A stretch of DNA of 60,196 nucleotides from Macrostomum lignano (lineage: Eukaryota). Of this stretch, positions 58,913 through 60,196 are shown piece by piece. The translations under genes and the position numbers were made by a program. The notes beneath the pieces were generated by a model. The model had not been told where the DNA came from. It saw nothing but the letters and a program-made list of their open reading frames with translations, and did not search any database. Every line of letters begins with the position of its first letter. Position 1 is the stretch's first letter. The DNA is taken from NCBI GenBank assembly GCA_002269645.1, contig NIVC01001469.1, positions 1 to 60,196 on the forward strand, written 5' to 3'.

Positions 58913-60095
58913 GCTGGGCCACCGCCAGCCTCCCAGATCCTCAGTTACTGGGCCAGCCTCCCAGATCCTCAGTTGCTGGGCCAGCTTCCCAGACCCTCAG
59001 TTGCTGGGCCAGCCTCCCAGACCCTCAGTTGCTGGGCCAGCCTCCCAGACCCTCAGTTGCTGGGCCAGCCTCCCAGACCCTCAGTTGCTGGGCCAGCTTC
59101 CCAGACCCTCGGTTGCTGGGCCAGCTTCCCAGACCCTCGGTTGCTGGGCCAGTCTACCAGACCCTCAGTTGCTGGGCCAGCCTCCCAGACCCTCAGCTGT
59201 TGGGCCAGCCTCCCAGACCCTCAGTTGCTGGGCCAGCCTCCCAGACCCTCAGTTGCTGGGCCAGCCTCCCAGACCCTCAGTTGCTGGGCCAGCTTCCCAG
59301 ACCCTCGGTTGCTGGCCAGTCTACCAGACCCTCGTTGCTGGGCCAGTCTACCAGACCCTCAGTTGCTGGGCCAGCCTCCCAGACCCTCAGTTGTTGGGCC
59401 AGCTTCTCAGACCCTCAGTTACTGGGCCAGCTTCCCAGACCCTCAGTTGCTGGCCAGCCTCCAGACCCTCAGTTGCTGGGCCAGCCTCCCAGACCCTCAG
59501 TTGCTGGGCCAGCTTCCCAGACCCTCGGTTGCTGGGCCAGTCTACCAGACCCTCGGTTGCTGGCCAGTCTACCAGACCCTCAGTTGCTGGGCCAGCCTCC
59601 CAGACCCTCAGTTGTTGGGCCAGCTTCTCAGACCCTCAGTTACTGGGCCAGCTTCCCAGACCCTCAGTTGCTGGGCCAGCCTCCCAGATCCTCAGTTGCT
59701 GGGCCAACCTCCCAGACCCTCAGTTGCTGGGCCAGCCTCCCAGACCCTCAGTTGCTGGGCCAGCCTCCCAGACCCTCAGTTGCTGGGCCAGCCTCCAGAT
59801 CCCTCAGTTGCTGGGCCAGCTTCCCAGACCCTCAGTTGTTGGGCCAGCTTCTCAGACCCTCAGTTACTGGGCCAGCTTCCCAGATCCTCGTTGCTGGGCC
59901 AGTCTACCAGACCTCAGTTGCTGGGCCAGCCTCCCAGACCCTCAGCTGTTGGGCCAGCCTCCCAGACCCTCAGTTGCTGGGCCAGCCTCCCAGATCCTCA
60001 GTTGCTGGGCCAGCTTCCCAGACCCTCAGTTGTTGGGCCAGCTTCTCAGACCCTCAGTTACTGGGCCAGCTTCCCAGATCCTTAGTTGCTGGGCC
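58913..60095 (+). repeat. 28-bp minisatellite, ~42 copies
   Basis: Unit CCAGCCTCCCAGACCCTCAGTTGCTGGG with minor variants and indels. Confidence 0.96.
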
Positions 60096-60196
60096 CATAC
60101 TCCAGTATAATCCTACAGCGTATATCCACACAGAATATTCTAAGGAGCCGAGCCAAGTCAATAATCAGCTCCCAAACTCTGCAGTTGCAGCGCCGC

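Noticed and set aside
58913-60095. Homology between this 28-mer and the giant 28-bp satellite
   Set aside because: Only short shared words (GTCTGGG, CTGAG) on the reverse strand, in a different order; equal length is probably coincidence.
58821-60110. 429-aa and 403-aa Pro-rich ORFs
   Set aside because: Both arise from a stop-free 28-bp repeat, with frames drifting at indels.

Overview
Eukaryotic (animal, probably invertebrate) genomic DNA with spliceosomal GT-AG introns. It holds three protein-coding genes. (1) A full-size ABCA-subfamily transporter on the minus strand (13 exons, 229-9331, about 2,310 aa). (2) A class I fructose-bisphosphate aldolase on the minus strand, with exons 2-4 at 11419-12685 and exon 1 about 34 kb away at 46815-46926. 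(3) A Vps45 Sec1/Munc18 gene on the plus strand (4 exons, 52738-56953). Aldolase intron 1 contains a 29-kb G-rich 28-bp satellite (about 1,040 units) and a 5'-truncated APE-RT-RNase H non-LTR retrotransposon flanked by a perfect 192-bp direct duplication, an exceptionally long apparent target-site duplication. Vps45 intron 2 carries a 37-bp minisatellite whose unit looks like a splice donor plus acceptor. Vps45 intron 3 carries a deleted Tc1/mariner-type element with ~143-bp inverted repeats. Further 23-, 48- and 28-bp tandem arrays are present, and over half of the window is tandem repeat. Several single-base losses (G-runs of the satellite interior, two retrotransposon frameshifts, one ABCA frameshift) suggest residual long-read consensus errors. 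The GC-rich codons and minisatellite load are reminiscent of a flatworm such as Macrostomum, but that is an unverified inference. All splice models were read by hand.
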